Assembly (NCBI GenBank): GCA_004764695.1
Contig: SMSO01000032.1
Span: 4,558,483-4,622,482 of the forward strand
Source: Schizochytrium sp. TIO01
Taxonomy: Eukaryota; Protista; Bigyra: Labyrinthulomycetes
Length of the DNA stretch: 64,000 nucleotides
Direction: 5' to 3'
Shown: piece after piece, positions 35,957 to 45,353 of the stretch
How the letters are laid out: every line of letters starts with the position of its first letter
How positions within the stretch are numbered: position 1 is the stretch's first letter
Notes under the pieces: model-generated
Database searches by the model: none
What the model saw: only the letters and a program-made list of their open reading frames with translations
Told to the model about the DNA's origin: nothing
Translations under genes and position numbers: made by a program

Positions 35957-37750
35957 CTAAGGTTGCAAACCTAGCTCCTGAATAAAGAATCCGTGCTCGA
36001 ACGCTTGATCCACAGCTTCTTGTTGCGGATCATGTGCAATGTGACCACTCTCCGTTGTCCATTTGAACAACAATGTAGGCGGTGCATGAATTTGTTCAAG
36101 GTTTCGGAGGCGCTGGACGTACTCAGATACACTTTCTGAACTCACTCGCATATCTGCAAGTGAACAAGACACTAACATACTAGGGTACCGACTGCCCTTG
36201 GCGCGTGTAGTTACTCCAATATTCGATAATGGATCATATGACATGATGTAGTCATGCGTAATAGGATCATCTGAGGGGTCACCCCATTCATCATATTCAG
36301 CAACAGTAAGAGGACGTTCTGGGTCTGACATAGCATCTATAACATCTAAGAAAGGAACGTTAAGCGCAACTGCCCGGAAGAGCTGCGGTTCAAGATTTAC
36401 CAAGGCTGCCAAAGAGGTTGCTCCAGCGCTCATAGAAGTTGCGCAGGTTTGTTCTGGTGTAGTCCACGTCTCTTGCAGGTGTCTCACGACGTTATGCAAA
36501 TCATCAATCGTATTCTTTTTGTTCAGACCGCGTCCAGCATGATACCATGACCGACCTCGCTCCCCACCACCGCGAACATGTGCATAGGCTAAAATAAATC
36601 CATAGTCCTTGACAAGGGCAGCAAGGCTCGGGTCGTAACGTGGCGCCATCACCTCCCCATATGCACCATAAGACATGACAAGTAATGGATTTGACTGGTC
36701 AGGCTTAGCTTGGCGAGGGCGCACCAGGGTAAGCGGGATGCCAGCGTCTCCAACAATCTGACGCTCGCAAACCATTTCGTTCGATTCATCATTTTGTGGT
36801 CCCTCAAGAACTAGCGTTTGACTGTCCCGACCTCCTGGTCCCAGTTGAAAGGAACACGCTTGAACCAATGGTGATGTTGCATAGACATGCACAGATTGCT
36901 CGGGGGAGTTATATGCTCCGGATGCAATAGGTTCTACATGTAAACCCGGGGCTACATTGTATGAAGAGATCTCCTTGCCTTGCTTGACGTCGGCAATGCG
37001 AACGCGTTGATCACCTGTTTCAACACTACGCTCATACATTAGGAGGCCCCAGTCAAACACATCAAGTTCCTCAAGGTGCCAGCCGGGGTTATTACAAGGT
37101 GCGAGCTCCCATTCTCCTTCACAAGCATTAAGTCGTCGTCTCCACAGCCGGTAATTCCCAAGAGGTTCATCACGATTAGTAACGAACCAAAGCCAGTCAC
37201 CTGCATGCTCGGCAAAATATTGTAATCCTTGCTGACGCTGTCGAAGACATTCTAGACGCCCTTTATGCATGATATGAACTTCGGATTCTGATTTGCTGTT
37301 GCTACTGACAAGAAGGATATCTTTGCTTTTGCTCGTGGAGGCATCCACAAAGCACGATTCGTTTTGAGTATCGTCTACAATTATCTTGTTTCCAGGCCAC
37401 TCAAGAACACGGCATGGACGGACCTGAGACCTTAAAACTTCGCTGTAGTAAAGTTTCTTTTCAAACCATGCATAGCTGTGCGCACTGCGAGATACCTCTT
37501 GCCCATTGATTGTTAAACGAGCCCACTCTGCTCCAACACCATCGGGCTGATCGATCTGAACGGGGTCCTCAAAGTTAGCGTCTTCGGTGGAGCCACCAAA
37601 TCCTTCGTCAGGAGCGTCGAAAGCCTCAGCTTGGCGAGACTCCAGCTCTACGCGTGTTTGGAGGAGTTTATCTACGACCTCAGAGATAACGCCGGCATAA
37701 TTTCCCACACGGGTGCGCTCAGACTTTAAAAAAGTGGATACCCTTCTCAT
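35957..37750 (-). CDS. Peptidase S9A (oligopeptidase B / prolyl endopeptidase-like)
   Basis: YGAYG, AHVRGGGERGRSWYHAG, nucleophile SMSAG, VPFLDV, EYDEWGDP, DMRV (Asp), SGH (His). First ATG is 37750. Confidence 0.9.
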   Translation of the reverse strand: MRRVSTFLKSERTRVGNYAGVISEVVDKLLQTRVELESRQAEAFDAPDEGFGGSTEDANFEDPVQIDQPDGVGAEWARLTINGQEVSRSAHSYAWFEKKLYYSEVLRSQVRPCRVLEWPGNKIIVDDTQNESCFVDASTSKSKDILLVSSNSKSESEVHIMHKGRLECLRQRQQGLQYFAEHAGDWLWFVTNRDEPLGNYRLWRRRLNACEGEWELAPCNNPGWHLEELDVFDWGLLMYERSVETGDQRVRIADVKQGKEISSYNVAPGLHVEPIASGAYNSPEQSVHVYATSPLVQACSFQLGPGGRDSQTLVLEGPQNDESNEMVCERQIVGDAGIPLTLVRPRQAKPDQSNPLLVMSYGAYGEVMAPRYDPSLAALVKDYGFILAYAHVRGGGERGRSWYHAGRGLNKKNTIDDLHNVVRHLQETWTTPEQTCATSMSAGATSLAALVNLEPQLFRAVALNVPFLDVIDAMSDPERPLTVAEYDEWGDPSDDPITHDYIMSYDPLSNIGVTTRAKGSRYPSMLVSCSLADMRVSSESVSEYVQRLRNLEQIHAPPTLLFKWTTESGHIAHDPQQEAVDQAFEHGFFIQELGLQP

Positions 37751-38104
37751 CGTGTGCAATACTTTTCGTAGCGGACAAGAAGGAGGTGATAAGCTCCTCA
37801 AGCCTTCAAGTTTAGGGTGCTTCCCGCTCTGCTAGTTAGCTTCTCAACATGTATGAGATCTTGCGCCCTTCCGTGGTATGCTCTCCACACGTTTCACACA
37901 GCAACGACAATGTGAAGAGCAAGGTAAGTATTGATCACCAGCAAAGCAAGTGGGCTGGTGTTTTGGGTTTGAATGTAGTATATTAGTTATGTCATCTTTT
38001 GTTTGAGGGTTGTTGACCATCATTACAACTCGAGCTCGATCAAATCAATAATTCATGCTATTGGTTTAAGTTTGCCTCAGGCTAATCTCTTTGCAACCAT
38101 TATT

Positions 38105-38178
38105 GTCTCCGTGGCCAAGTTGGATAAGGTGCCTGACTACGAATCAGGAGATCGTGGGTTCAAGTCCCGCCGGAGATT
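38105..38178 (+). tRNA. tRNA-Arg (ACG), right array copy 1
   Basis: Identical 74-nt cloverleaf; T6 terminator follows. Confidence 0.96.
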
Positions 38179-38284
38179 AATTATCCTTTTTTGCCTCACT
38201 CAAAGTGAGGCATTTTCATTTAAACAAATCCGTGATGTAAGAATAAGTTTACCATGAGCACTCGGCTTAGTATCTGAATAGTAC

Positions 38285-38358
38285 GTCTCCGTGGCCAAGT
38301 TGGATAAGGTGCCTGACTACGAATCAGGAGATCGTGGGTTCAAGTCCCGCCGGAGATT
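38285..38358 (+). tRNA. tRNA-Arg (ACG), right array copy 2
   Basis: Identical 74-nt sequence. Confidence 0.96.
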
Positions 38359-38458
38359 AGATACCTTTTTGCCTCATCGTGAGGCATTTTGATCCAATAA
38401 AATGAATGGTGTAAGTATAAAAATAGCATGAGCTTTCAGTCAAACATCTGAGTAATAT

Positions 38459-38532
38459 GTCTCCGTGGCCAAGTTGGATAAGGTGCCTGACTACGAATCA
38501 GGAGATCGTGGGTTCAAGTCCCGCCGGAGATT
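38459..38532 (+). tRNA. tRNA-Arg (ACG), right array copy 3
   Basis: Identical 74-nt sequence. Confidence 0.96.
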
Positions 38533-38637
38533 GATTACCTTTTTGCCTCTCTCAAAAGAGAGGTATTTTGATATAAATATATCGGTAACGTAAGAATAAG
38601 TAGCACATAACCTCTCGAACGGATATCTGAATAAAAT

Positions 38638-38711
38638 GTCTCCGTGGCCAAGTTGGATAAGGTGCCTGACTACGAATCAGGAGATCGTGGGTTCAAGTCC
38701 CGCCGGAGATT
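38638..38711 (+). tRNA. tRNA-Arg (ACG), right array copy 4
   Basis: Identical 74-nt sequence. Confidence 0.96.
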
Positions 38712-38814
38712 GATTACTTCTTTTTGCCCATCAATGGGTGAATTTTGATGAAAACAAATAATTGATGGAAGAATAAATCTACCATGAGCATTTCTCCGAA
38801 TATCTGAACATAAT

Positions 38815-38888
38815 GTCTCCGTGGCCAAGTTGGATAAGGTGCCTGACTACGAATCAGGAGATCGTGGGTTCAAGTCCCGCCGGAGATT
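38815..38888 (+). tRNA. tRNA-Arg (ACG), right array copy 5
   Basis: Identical 74-nt sequence. Confidence 0.96.
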
Positions 38889-38992
38889 GATTACCTTTTT
38901 GCCTCTCTCAAAGAGAGGCATCTTGATATAAATATATGACTAACATAAGGATAACTAGCACATAACCCTTCGAAGGGATATCTGAATAAAAT

Positions 38993-39066
38993 GTCTCCGT
39001 GGCCAAGTTGGATAAGGTGCCTGACTACGAATCAGGAGATCGTGGGTTCAAGTCCCGCCGGAGATT
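38993..39066 (+). tRNA. tRNA-Arg (ACG), right array copy 6
   Basis: Identical 74-nt sequence. Confidence 0.96.
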
Positions 39067-39167
39067 GATTATCATTTTTGCACCTCAAAGTGAAATATTT
39101 TAATCTAAATAATTATAGCATACCTATAAACTTAGCATGATTCACTTCTGGAACATCAGCATATAAT

Positions 39168-39241
39168 GTCTCCGTGGCCAAGTTGGATAAGGTGCCTGAC
39201 TACGAATCAGGAGATCGTGGGTTCAAGTCCCGCCGGAGATT
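39168..39241 (+). tRNA. tRNA-Arg (ACG), right array copy 7
   Basis: Identical 74-nt sequence. Confidence 0.96.
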
Positions 39242-39344
39242 GATCACCTTTTTGCCTCTCTCAGAGAGAGGCATTTTGATTTAAATAAATGAGTGATATA
39301 ATTATAAGGAGCGGAAGTTCCTGACTCGATAACCGAATTAAAAT

Positions 39345-39418
39345 GTCTCCGTGGCCAAGTTGGATAAGGTGCCTGACTACGAATCAGGAGATCGTGGGTT
39401 CAAGTCCCGCCGGAGATT
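39345..39418 (+). tRNA. tRNA-Arg (ACG), right array copy 8
   Basis: Identical 74-nt sequence. Confidence 0.96.
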
Positions 39419-39520
39419 GGTTTACCTTTTTTGCCCATCAATGGTGAATTTTGATGAAAACAGATAATTGATAGAAGAATAAATTAACCATGTGGATTTC
39501 CCTAAATATCTGAACAAGAT

Positions 39521-39594
39521 GTCTCCGTGGCCAAGTTGGATAAGGTGCCTGACTACGAATCAGGAGATCGTGGGTTCAAGTCCCGCCGGAGATT
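39521..39594 (+). tRNA. tRNA-Arg (ACG), right array copy 9
   Basis: Identical 74-nt sequence; T5 terminator follows. Confidence 0.96.
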
Positions 39595-39884
39595 AATTTT
39601 TGAGCTTAAAAGTTCTTAATATTAGAACATGTTTTTTTTTTTTCATAGGTCGTTTTGTTACTATTATTATTATATTATTTAACACTAAAAACAGCAAGGG
39701 TAAAACAGATAGAGCTTGTTTCATTTGAAAATAAACTCTGCTGATGTAGTGCGTCTATTTTCGTTCCTTTGTCCTATCGATCTACTATGTCACAATCATT
39801 CTATCTAAACAGAATGGAGGACTTCATTTGTCAAATGGAAAAACACATTTTTTGGGCTGTGGGTGAATATGAATTAATTCATTG

Positions 39885-41201
39885 TCAATTCTTTAGTGTT
39901 GCCTTTGTGTACCTAGCAAGCGCTGACCACCCCCATAACGCTTTTCGAAGAGTATAAACATAAGTAAGTTCGCACATATCTTCGTCAAACTTATCAAGCA
40001 ATGCGAACTTCATCTGTTCGAAAATTGGACCCGGAGAAATAGGTACGTTCTTTAATGCAAAGCTGTCAAGCCCATCATCAGAGGATATTTGCCAAGCAAC
40101 TTGCATCATTGCCCGTCGTCGGATTTGCGTTTCAATATACTCTTCGTACGCCTCATTAATTATTTCCATGTGCAATTCGCGTTCAGCTTCGCTTGCTGAC
40201 CCCAAAATGTAGAGAGAAGATTCTGTATGTAAACAGAACGGCCAATGCCGGGTACTTGTTTCAAGAGTCCAAACATCAACAGGACTGCCTGTCGGTAAGA
40301 CAAGCTCCTCAAAGAATAAATGCACTAGGGCGGTACTCTCATCGTTGATATCATTAATTACGAGCCCTAAGGTCTGGACATTGACATAAACTCGCCGCCA
40401 TTTATTAGGGCGATCTCCCTGCATGTATGCTTCAAACCTCGTTTTAAAATCGCCCACTTGATGGAGCTCATCGTCGTCCATAAATTTCTTTCGCCCTCCA
40501 TTGATGCGTAGTTGAGGTCTCATTGTAGCGTATTTTTTCATTGACAGAACCCATGAGGAGCGTTGTCGTGGTTCTGGTCGACTGGTATCCTGCAAAGAAG
40601 GGCATTCGGCTTGCTCTTCCAAAGGACAACTGCTGCTTCGAAGGAGTGATTTACCGAGCATACGCCAGATTTCATCATTTAGGGCGGTAAGATCTGAGGA
40701 TCCTCGGCTTCGATGCATAACTTCTTGGGGGGGAAGTTTATTGTGATCTGGAAATGCATGCCTATATGAACCAAAACCTTCTTCTGTGAAGTCTTCTATA
40801 GGCACGTCCTCCTCAGAGGTCTCGCTTTCGGTCAAGTCTGATTCAATACGAAGTCTAGGCAATGGCTTTCTCCAGGAAAACCTCATTACTCCACCTGGGG
40901 CAGTCGCTGCTCTCATAACTGTTTCTTTTCCATATGACTGAGATTTCCTGAACCTTAGTTGCTTGATGGCATCCCGGCCTCTAGCCAGACTGCGTCGCAG
41001 TCTTTGCCCGCCGGGTTGCTTCGAGTTTTCTTGACCGCCTTCACTGTCCCTATCGAAAGGCATGTTTGCTCGTCTAGAGGACCCCAATCGTTGAAGAGTT
41101 CCCTTTTGTCGAAGAGACATGCTCATTTGATGTGCTCTAGATTCTACAAATGCCTCCACAACATCATCTGGAGCTCTGGCGCTTTGCTCCTCGTGCTCCA
41201 T
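39885..41201 (-). CDS. PH-domain-containing protein
   Basis: 438-aa ORF from ATG 41201; C-terminal PH-like fold (FEAYMQGDRPNKWRRVYV...WPFCLHTESSLYILGSASEAERELHMEIINEA). Confidence 0.75.
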   Translation of the reverse strand: MEHEEQSARAPDDVVEAFVESRAHQMSMSLRQKGTLQRLGSSRRANMPFDRDSEGGQENSKQPGGQRLRRSLARGRDAIKQLRFRKSQSYGKETVMRAATAPGGVMRFSWRKPLPRLRIESDLTESETSEEDVPIEDFTEEGFGSYRHAFPDHNKLPPQEVMHRSRGSSDLTALNDEIWRMLGKSLLRSSSCPLEEQAECPSLQDTSRPEPRQRSSWVLSMKKYATMRPQLRINGGRKKFMDDDELHQVGDFKTRFEAYMQGDRPNKWRRVYVNVQTLGLVINDINDESTALVHLFFEELVLPTGSPVDVWTLETSTRHWPFCLHTESSLYILGSASEAERELHMEIINEAYEEYIETQIRRRAMMQVAWQISSDDGLDSFALKNVPISPGPIFEQMKFALLDKFDEDMCELTYVYTLRKALWGWSALARYTKATLKN

Positions 41202-41610
41202 TCTTGCTGCACGTGCTGTGAAGACAGGGATTGAATTGAACCTCAACTGGTTCTTGACTGATGACACAAAAATGACCTCAGGAGTGAATGAAAAGAGATG
41301 AGTAGTTGCAAGATGCCAAAGTCCAGTATCTGCTTGGGATGGTTTAGGATCTGTCGGCCAGCGTGCAGGCTTTGATTCACATTTTCAGGAGTGGAGTCGC
41401 GTTGGTTCAACTAGGTGAACACCTTAAATCTGCTAGCTGGAAAAATAAAAGGTAAAGTATAAATATTTATTTAGACCTCAGACTTTCATATTGTAAATAT
41501 TTTACTTTATTTTTATTTGTTTTAAAAGATAATTTTTGATTTATTTTCACAATTAATTTTTTTTCGGAATGGATGCAAACTTGACGGCAGAGGCTTGGAG
41601 ACCCCAAGGG

Positions 41611-41637
41611 AGCTAGCTAGCTAGCTAGCTAGCTAGC
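41611..41637. repeat. (TAGC)n self-complementary microsatellite (a second run lies at 42251-42280)
   Basis: agctagctagctagctagctagctagc. Confidence 0.85.
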
Positions 41638-42467
41638 CATATTAAAGACTAATTCTTCAGCTCTACAGGTTACGTACGAGCCGCGAAAGCTTGGAAAATG
41701 AATCATGTATCATAGGAAAATATTTTTTTTGGTACCTACCTAGGCATCGATCGCTCTACTAAAATCAAAGTACTAAATCACAGCGCCTAAATCAGCAAAC
41801 CCAGCATAGTTCGTGACATCAGTTGCAAATCATCTCGGTATCTAGCTAGGCATCCTTCACGGGCTGAGCCCATCTGTGCACGTGGGTCGTCATTCCCGGG
41901 GCAAAACGAAACCGAGGTTCTGGCGCTGCTTAGTACTCACTCAGCCACCCGGTCTGCTATGAACCCGATGGTGCTCTCGCCACCACTCTCGCGAGCATCT
42001 TTAGGAGCGCACATTGCATCCATGCATTTGCGCGGACGGGCCCAAGGAGAGAACGCTGAGCAAAGGGCGGTCAACCTGGCTTCTTTGGCGCTGCCAGGAC
42101 CTGCTCTTCATGCAATCGATCGCTGCGATGCCTGCCTCCACCTTATTAGCCCATAGGGCTCTGGAGCACTTCAGAGTGCTGAGTTCTGAGTTCCTACGGT
42201 CTCATTGGAGGAAAGGTATTGGTTCCAGTAGGAACCAAAGTAGACCCTCCTAGCTAGCTAGCTAGCTACTGGCTAGCTACCTCCCTCTCGTTTAACACGT
42301 TTAATAAGTATGGAAGGTTAGGGTAGAAAAACAAAACAAGAACAAAACGGAGCCAGAACATCGGGTTCGAGTAGTCCCAAGCACTCTTGAGGTTGGCTGA
42401 GACGACGCGGGTTTGCGTTGAGGAGCCTTGGTGCGGTGCAGAGGTCGCTAGCTAGCAGCGGCTGCAA

Positions 42468-43260
42468 ATGCGAAATCTGTCTGGCCTTGGCGATTCCCAA
42501 ATAAGGCTTTGCCCGCCTTACTACAATTTCGACAGTTTTGCGAGCTCGATCGCAGAGCTTTTGGAATCTGGTGGCAGTTTTGGGGATCAATGAAATCTGC
42601 GGCAAGGATCTGTGGCCAACAAACCTCAGATCAGTGGGACTTCCAGGTCTAGCCAAAGGGGCGGATCTTCCCGCTCAACAAGTCGGCTGGGAATAATTGC
42701 AAAACACCAGACCCTTCTTCTTTTTAAAGGGTGCTGACATCGTGCATGCCCTCTTCAAGCCATGTGCAGGTCATGGGCTTGACTTTGGCAGTGCCAATAT
42801 AAGGGTAGTTGTACTGGGTTATGTAATGAAAGAAGTCCTCAATTGTATCGACAACTACAACATGCCAGTGGTGGAATCTACCCAGTAGAGCATATTATTG
42901 TATCCGGTATTAAAAACTTGTTGGCCAATCCTCTTGCTTGGAGTATATGTTGTCGATTGCCAAGATTTGAGAAGATGTTTTTAACTGCGGTATGTAGTCG
43001 AGCATAAACACAATTACAAAATCTGAGAATTCCAGGCAGGGAATAGGCAGCGAGATCTATTGGCAGTAGTATACTGTGACCTTCTTCATCAACATATTCG
43101 AATAACTGTACTATATCACTGCTGTGATTTCTAAATAAGAAAGGATGGTTCATGAACCTGTGGAGGGAATGATTTTTTTATTGCTTTGGTACGGAGGGTA
43201 GTGAGAAGCAAAATGTCGCTGTTTGTCTGTGTATTCTTTAAGTTGTTAGTCATAACTTGA
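42468..43260 (+). pseudogene. Probable decayed gene with a PH-domain-like remnant
   Basis: 43119-43178 reads LL*FLNKKGWFMNLWRE*FF, matching PH beta1-beta2 (GxLxKKG...WRxRFF) with TGA at the G and R positions. Upstream reading from ATG 42468 is broken by stops. Confidence 0.35.
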
Positions 43261-44273
43261 CCAAAACTGTTTCATATTATGCGAAGCGAATGAGTAAGCT
43301 ATTGTCTGATATTAATAATTTGGCCTTTAGCAAGAGTATCTGCCAAGTTTAAAGGTCTAGCTTTCGCCTCAACAAATATCTATATTTGTAACCAATAAAC
43401 TACTACGTACCTACTTCATTGTTTAGGTTTGGAAATAGGACGATCGTCGTGGACTGGCACGTGGACAACACAGGTTGCTCTTTGGACTGTCTCACATCTC
43501 TTGAAAAGAAAAAGAAAGAAATATGTCTGCTCATGTTTGAATGCATTTAGAATATTGAACCCGTTGAGAGAAAACGTCAAAACACTGTGGTCTCAGCACT
43601 GCGACTACATTTTTGTTAGCTTTGTGGAGGTAATACATAGTGCTATCATTTATTTCGGACTCGGAACAGGTTTAAAAAGGAACAAACGAAAGTAATGATT
43701 ATTCACAGGATAATGCACAGAGCTCCAAAGGACTGTCAAGCGATGAGAGGTTTCTCTCGCTAAATCCCGCATGACAATCTGGCTAAATAGAGCTCATTTA
43801 AAAGTGAAGTGGAGTACTGCACTTTTGGTTTTTAATTGTTCTTGTCTAAACCTACGAATGCCTTCTTCGAAATATATACTCTTTAATGCTTTATGCGAAA
43901 GAAAACAAAAAGTAGTATATGACTACTATTAGGGTAGACGCTACCTACCTACCTACCTACATACATACTCCTTTTACAACCTTGTATTTTTGGCTGGCAG
44001 AAGAACTTCGTGCTTTGCGGAGAGCTCGTGCATGAACTCTGTATCTGCATAGCTGTGTAGATGTCTTGCATTACATCCACAGGGACTTGCTAACAATCTT
44101 CCGCTTCAAAAACTTACTTACTTGAATTGCTTATTCAACCGGAAGAACCTCCTTCCCGCTGCAGCCTCCGCACATTCACTGGGAAGTTGCAATAAGCGAG
44201 CAGCGGAACATACAAACTTTCGGCGTTGCAGTAGCGTCTTTGGATAGTTTGAGAGGTAGAGATAGTAGACAAA

Positions 44274-45353
44274 ATGGACGTGGAAAAGCGCCCTGGGCGT
44301 GGGCGATGCGCTGTCGCAAATAAGGTTTTGCGACGAGGAGATCTTGTCCTCAGTGATCCTGGAGTCGTACCTCCTGTGCTAACACTAGACCGATGGGATA
44401 CTAATTGCTGGGCATGCTTAAAGCCGAGCTCAGAGGCATCCTTGTTGCGGTGTTCTAGATGTAAAGTCGCACGTTTCTGCTCGAAAGGGTGTCAGCGCAC
44501 TGCCTGGCCAACCCACAAGCATGAATGCAACCCAACCCTTGCTACGGTCTCCAAACTCAATGAATACATGGCTCCAAATGTTGTCTTGGTGGCGCGATTG
44601 CTTGGCAAGCCTGAGTGCCATGCACAGATTCTAGATCTTGAAAAAAGCACTGATACGTCACCAAATAGTCTGATTGCAACCTTGGCTACGACACTTGCAA
44701 ATGCTCAAGACAAAACAGATCTGGCATTTGAACTCTCATCTCGCTTTGACCGCAATAACTTTGGAATTGTAGACAGTCTTTATGTAACAGTTGCATTAGG
44801 TGTTTATCCCGTTGGAGCAATGCTTAATCACTCTTGTGCCCCAAACTGCGTTCTGTTCTATCGGCAGGAGGCAGGACGCAGTATACAGGAAATCAGATGC
44901 ATTGCCGAGAAAATTGAGCCTGGAACAGAGCTTGTTCATGCGTATTGCGATGCCGTTCTCCCTACGCCAGAACGGCAAGAGAAACTCAAGGATCTGTACA
45001 ATTTCAAATGTGAATGTGAACTGTGTCATCTTCCAGCTGCTGAGGAAAGCGAACGCGCTAATCTAGCGCCGCTTGTTTCGATTGAGGGGGAAAAACTTAG
45101 CCTCGCTTTGGAAGCTGGCCAGCTTGAGGAGGCCACCGTTAGCTGCCAGACTCTGATTGGTATGTACGAAAAAGTATATGACAGATGTCCATATCATCCT
45201 CTTATTGGCTTACAACTATATACGCTGGGCGATTTACTTACTGCCCAAGGACAACCTGCGGAAAAATCATATGCTCGTGCACGAGCTATTCTTGGGGCTA
45301 CATATGGCTGGGAGAGTGATCTTGTCAAGCAGCTCACTATCGGAGCGCACTAA
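44274..45353 (+). CDS. SET and MYND domain lysine methyltransferase (SMYD family)
   Basis: GRGRCAVA, MYND finger (CWAC..CSRCKVARFCSKGCQRTAWPTHKHEC), MLNHSCAPN, ELVHAY, post-SET FKCECELC, TPR-like C-terminus. Confidence 0.95.
   Translation: MDVEKRPGRGRCAVANKVLRRGDLVLSDPGVVPPVLTLDRWDTNCWACLKPSSEASLLRCSRCKVARFCSKGCQRTAWPTHKHECNPTLATVSKLNEYMAPNVVLVARLLGKPECHAQILDLEKSTDTSPNSLIATLATTLANAQDKTDLAFELSSRFDRNNFGIVDSLYVTVALGVYPVGAMLNHSCAPNCVLFYRQEAGRSIQEIRCIAEKIEPGTELVHAYCDAVLPTPERQEKLKDLYNFKCECELCHLPAAEESERANLAPLVSIEGEKLSLALEAGQLEEATVSCQTLIGMYEKVYDRCPYHPLIGLQLYTLGDLLTAQGQPAEKSYARARAILGATYGWESDLVKQLTIGAH

Noticed and set aside
38105-39594. CRISPR-like array (identical repeats with variable spacers)
   Set aside because: The repeats are 74-nt tRNA cloverleaves with A/B boxes and oligo-T terminators. 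The spacers are ~100 bp and homologous to each other. There are no cas genes and the context is eukaryotic.
41437-41940. Possible 504-nt 5' UTR intron of the PH gene (GTGAGT...TTTTTCCAG on minus)
   Set aside because: The splice signals are plausible but give no in-frame coding extension, and there is no transcript evidence.
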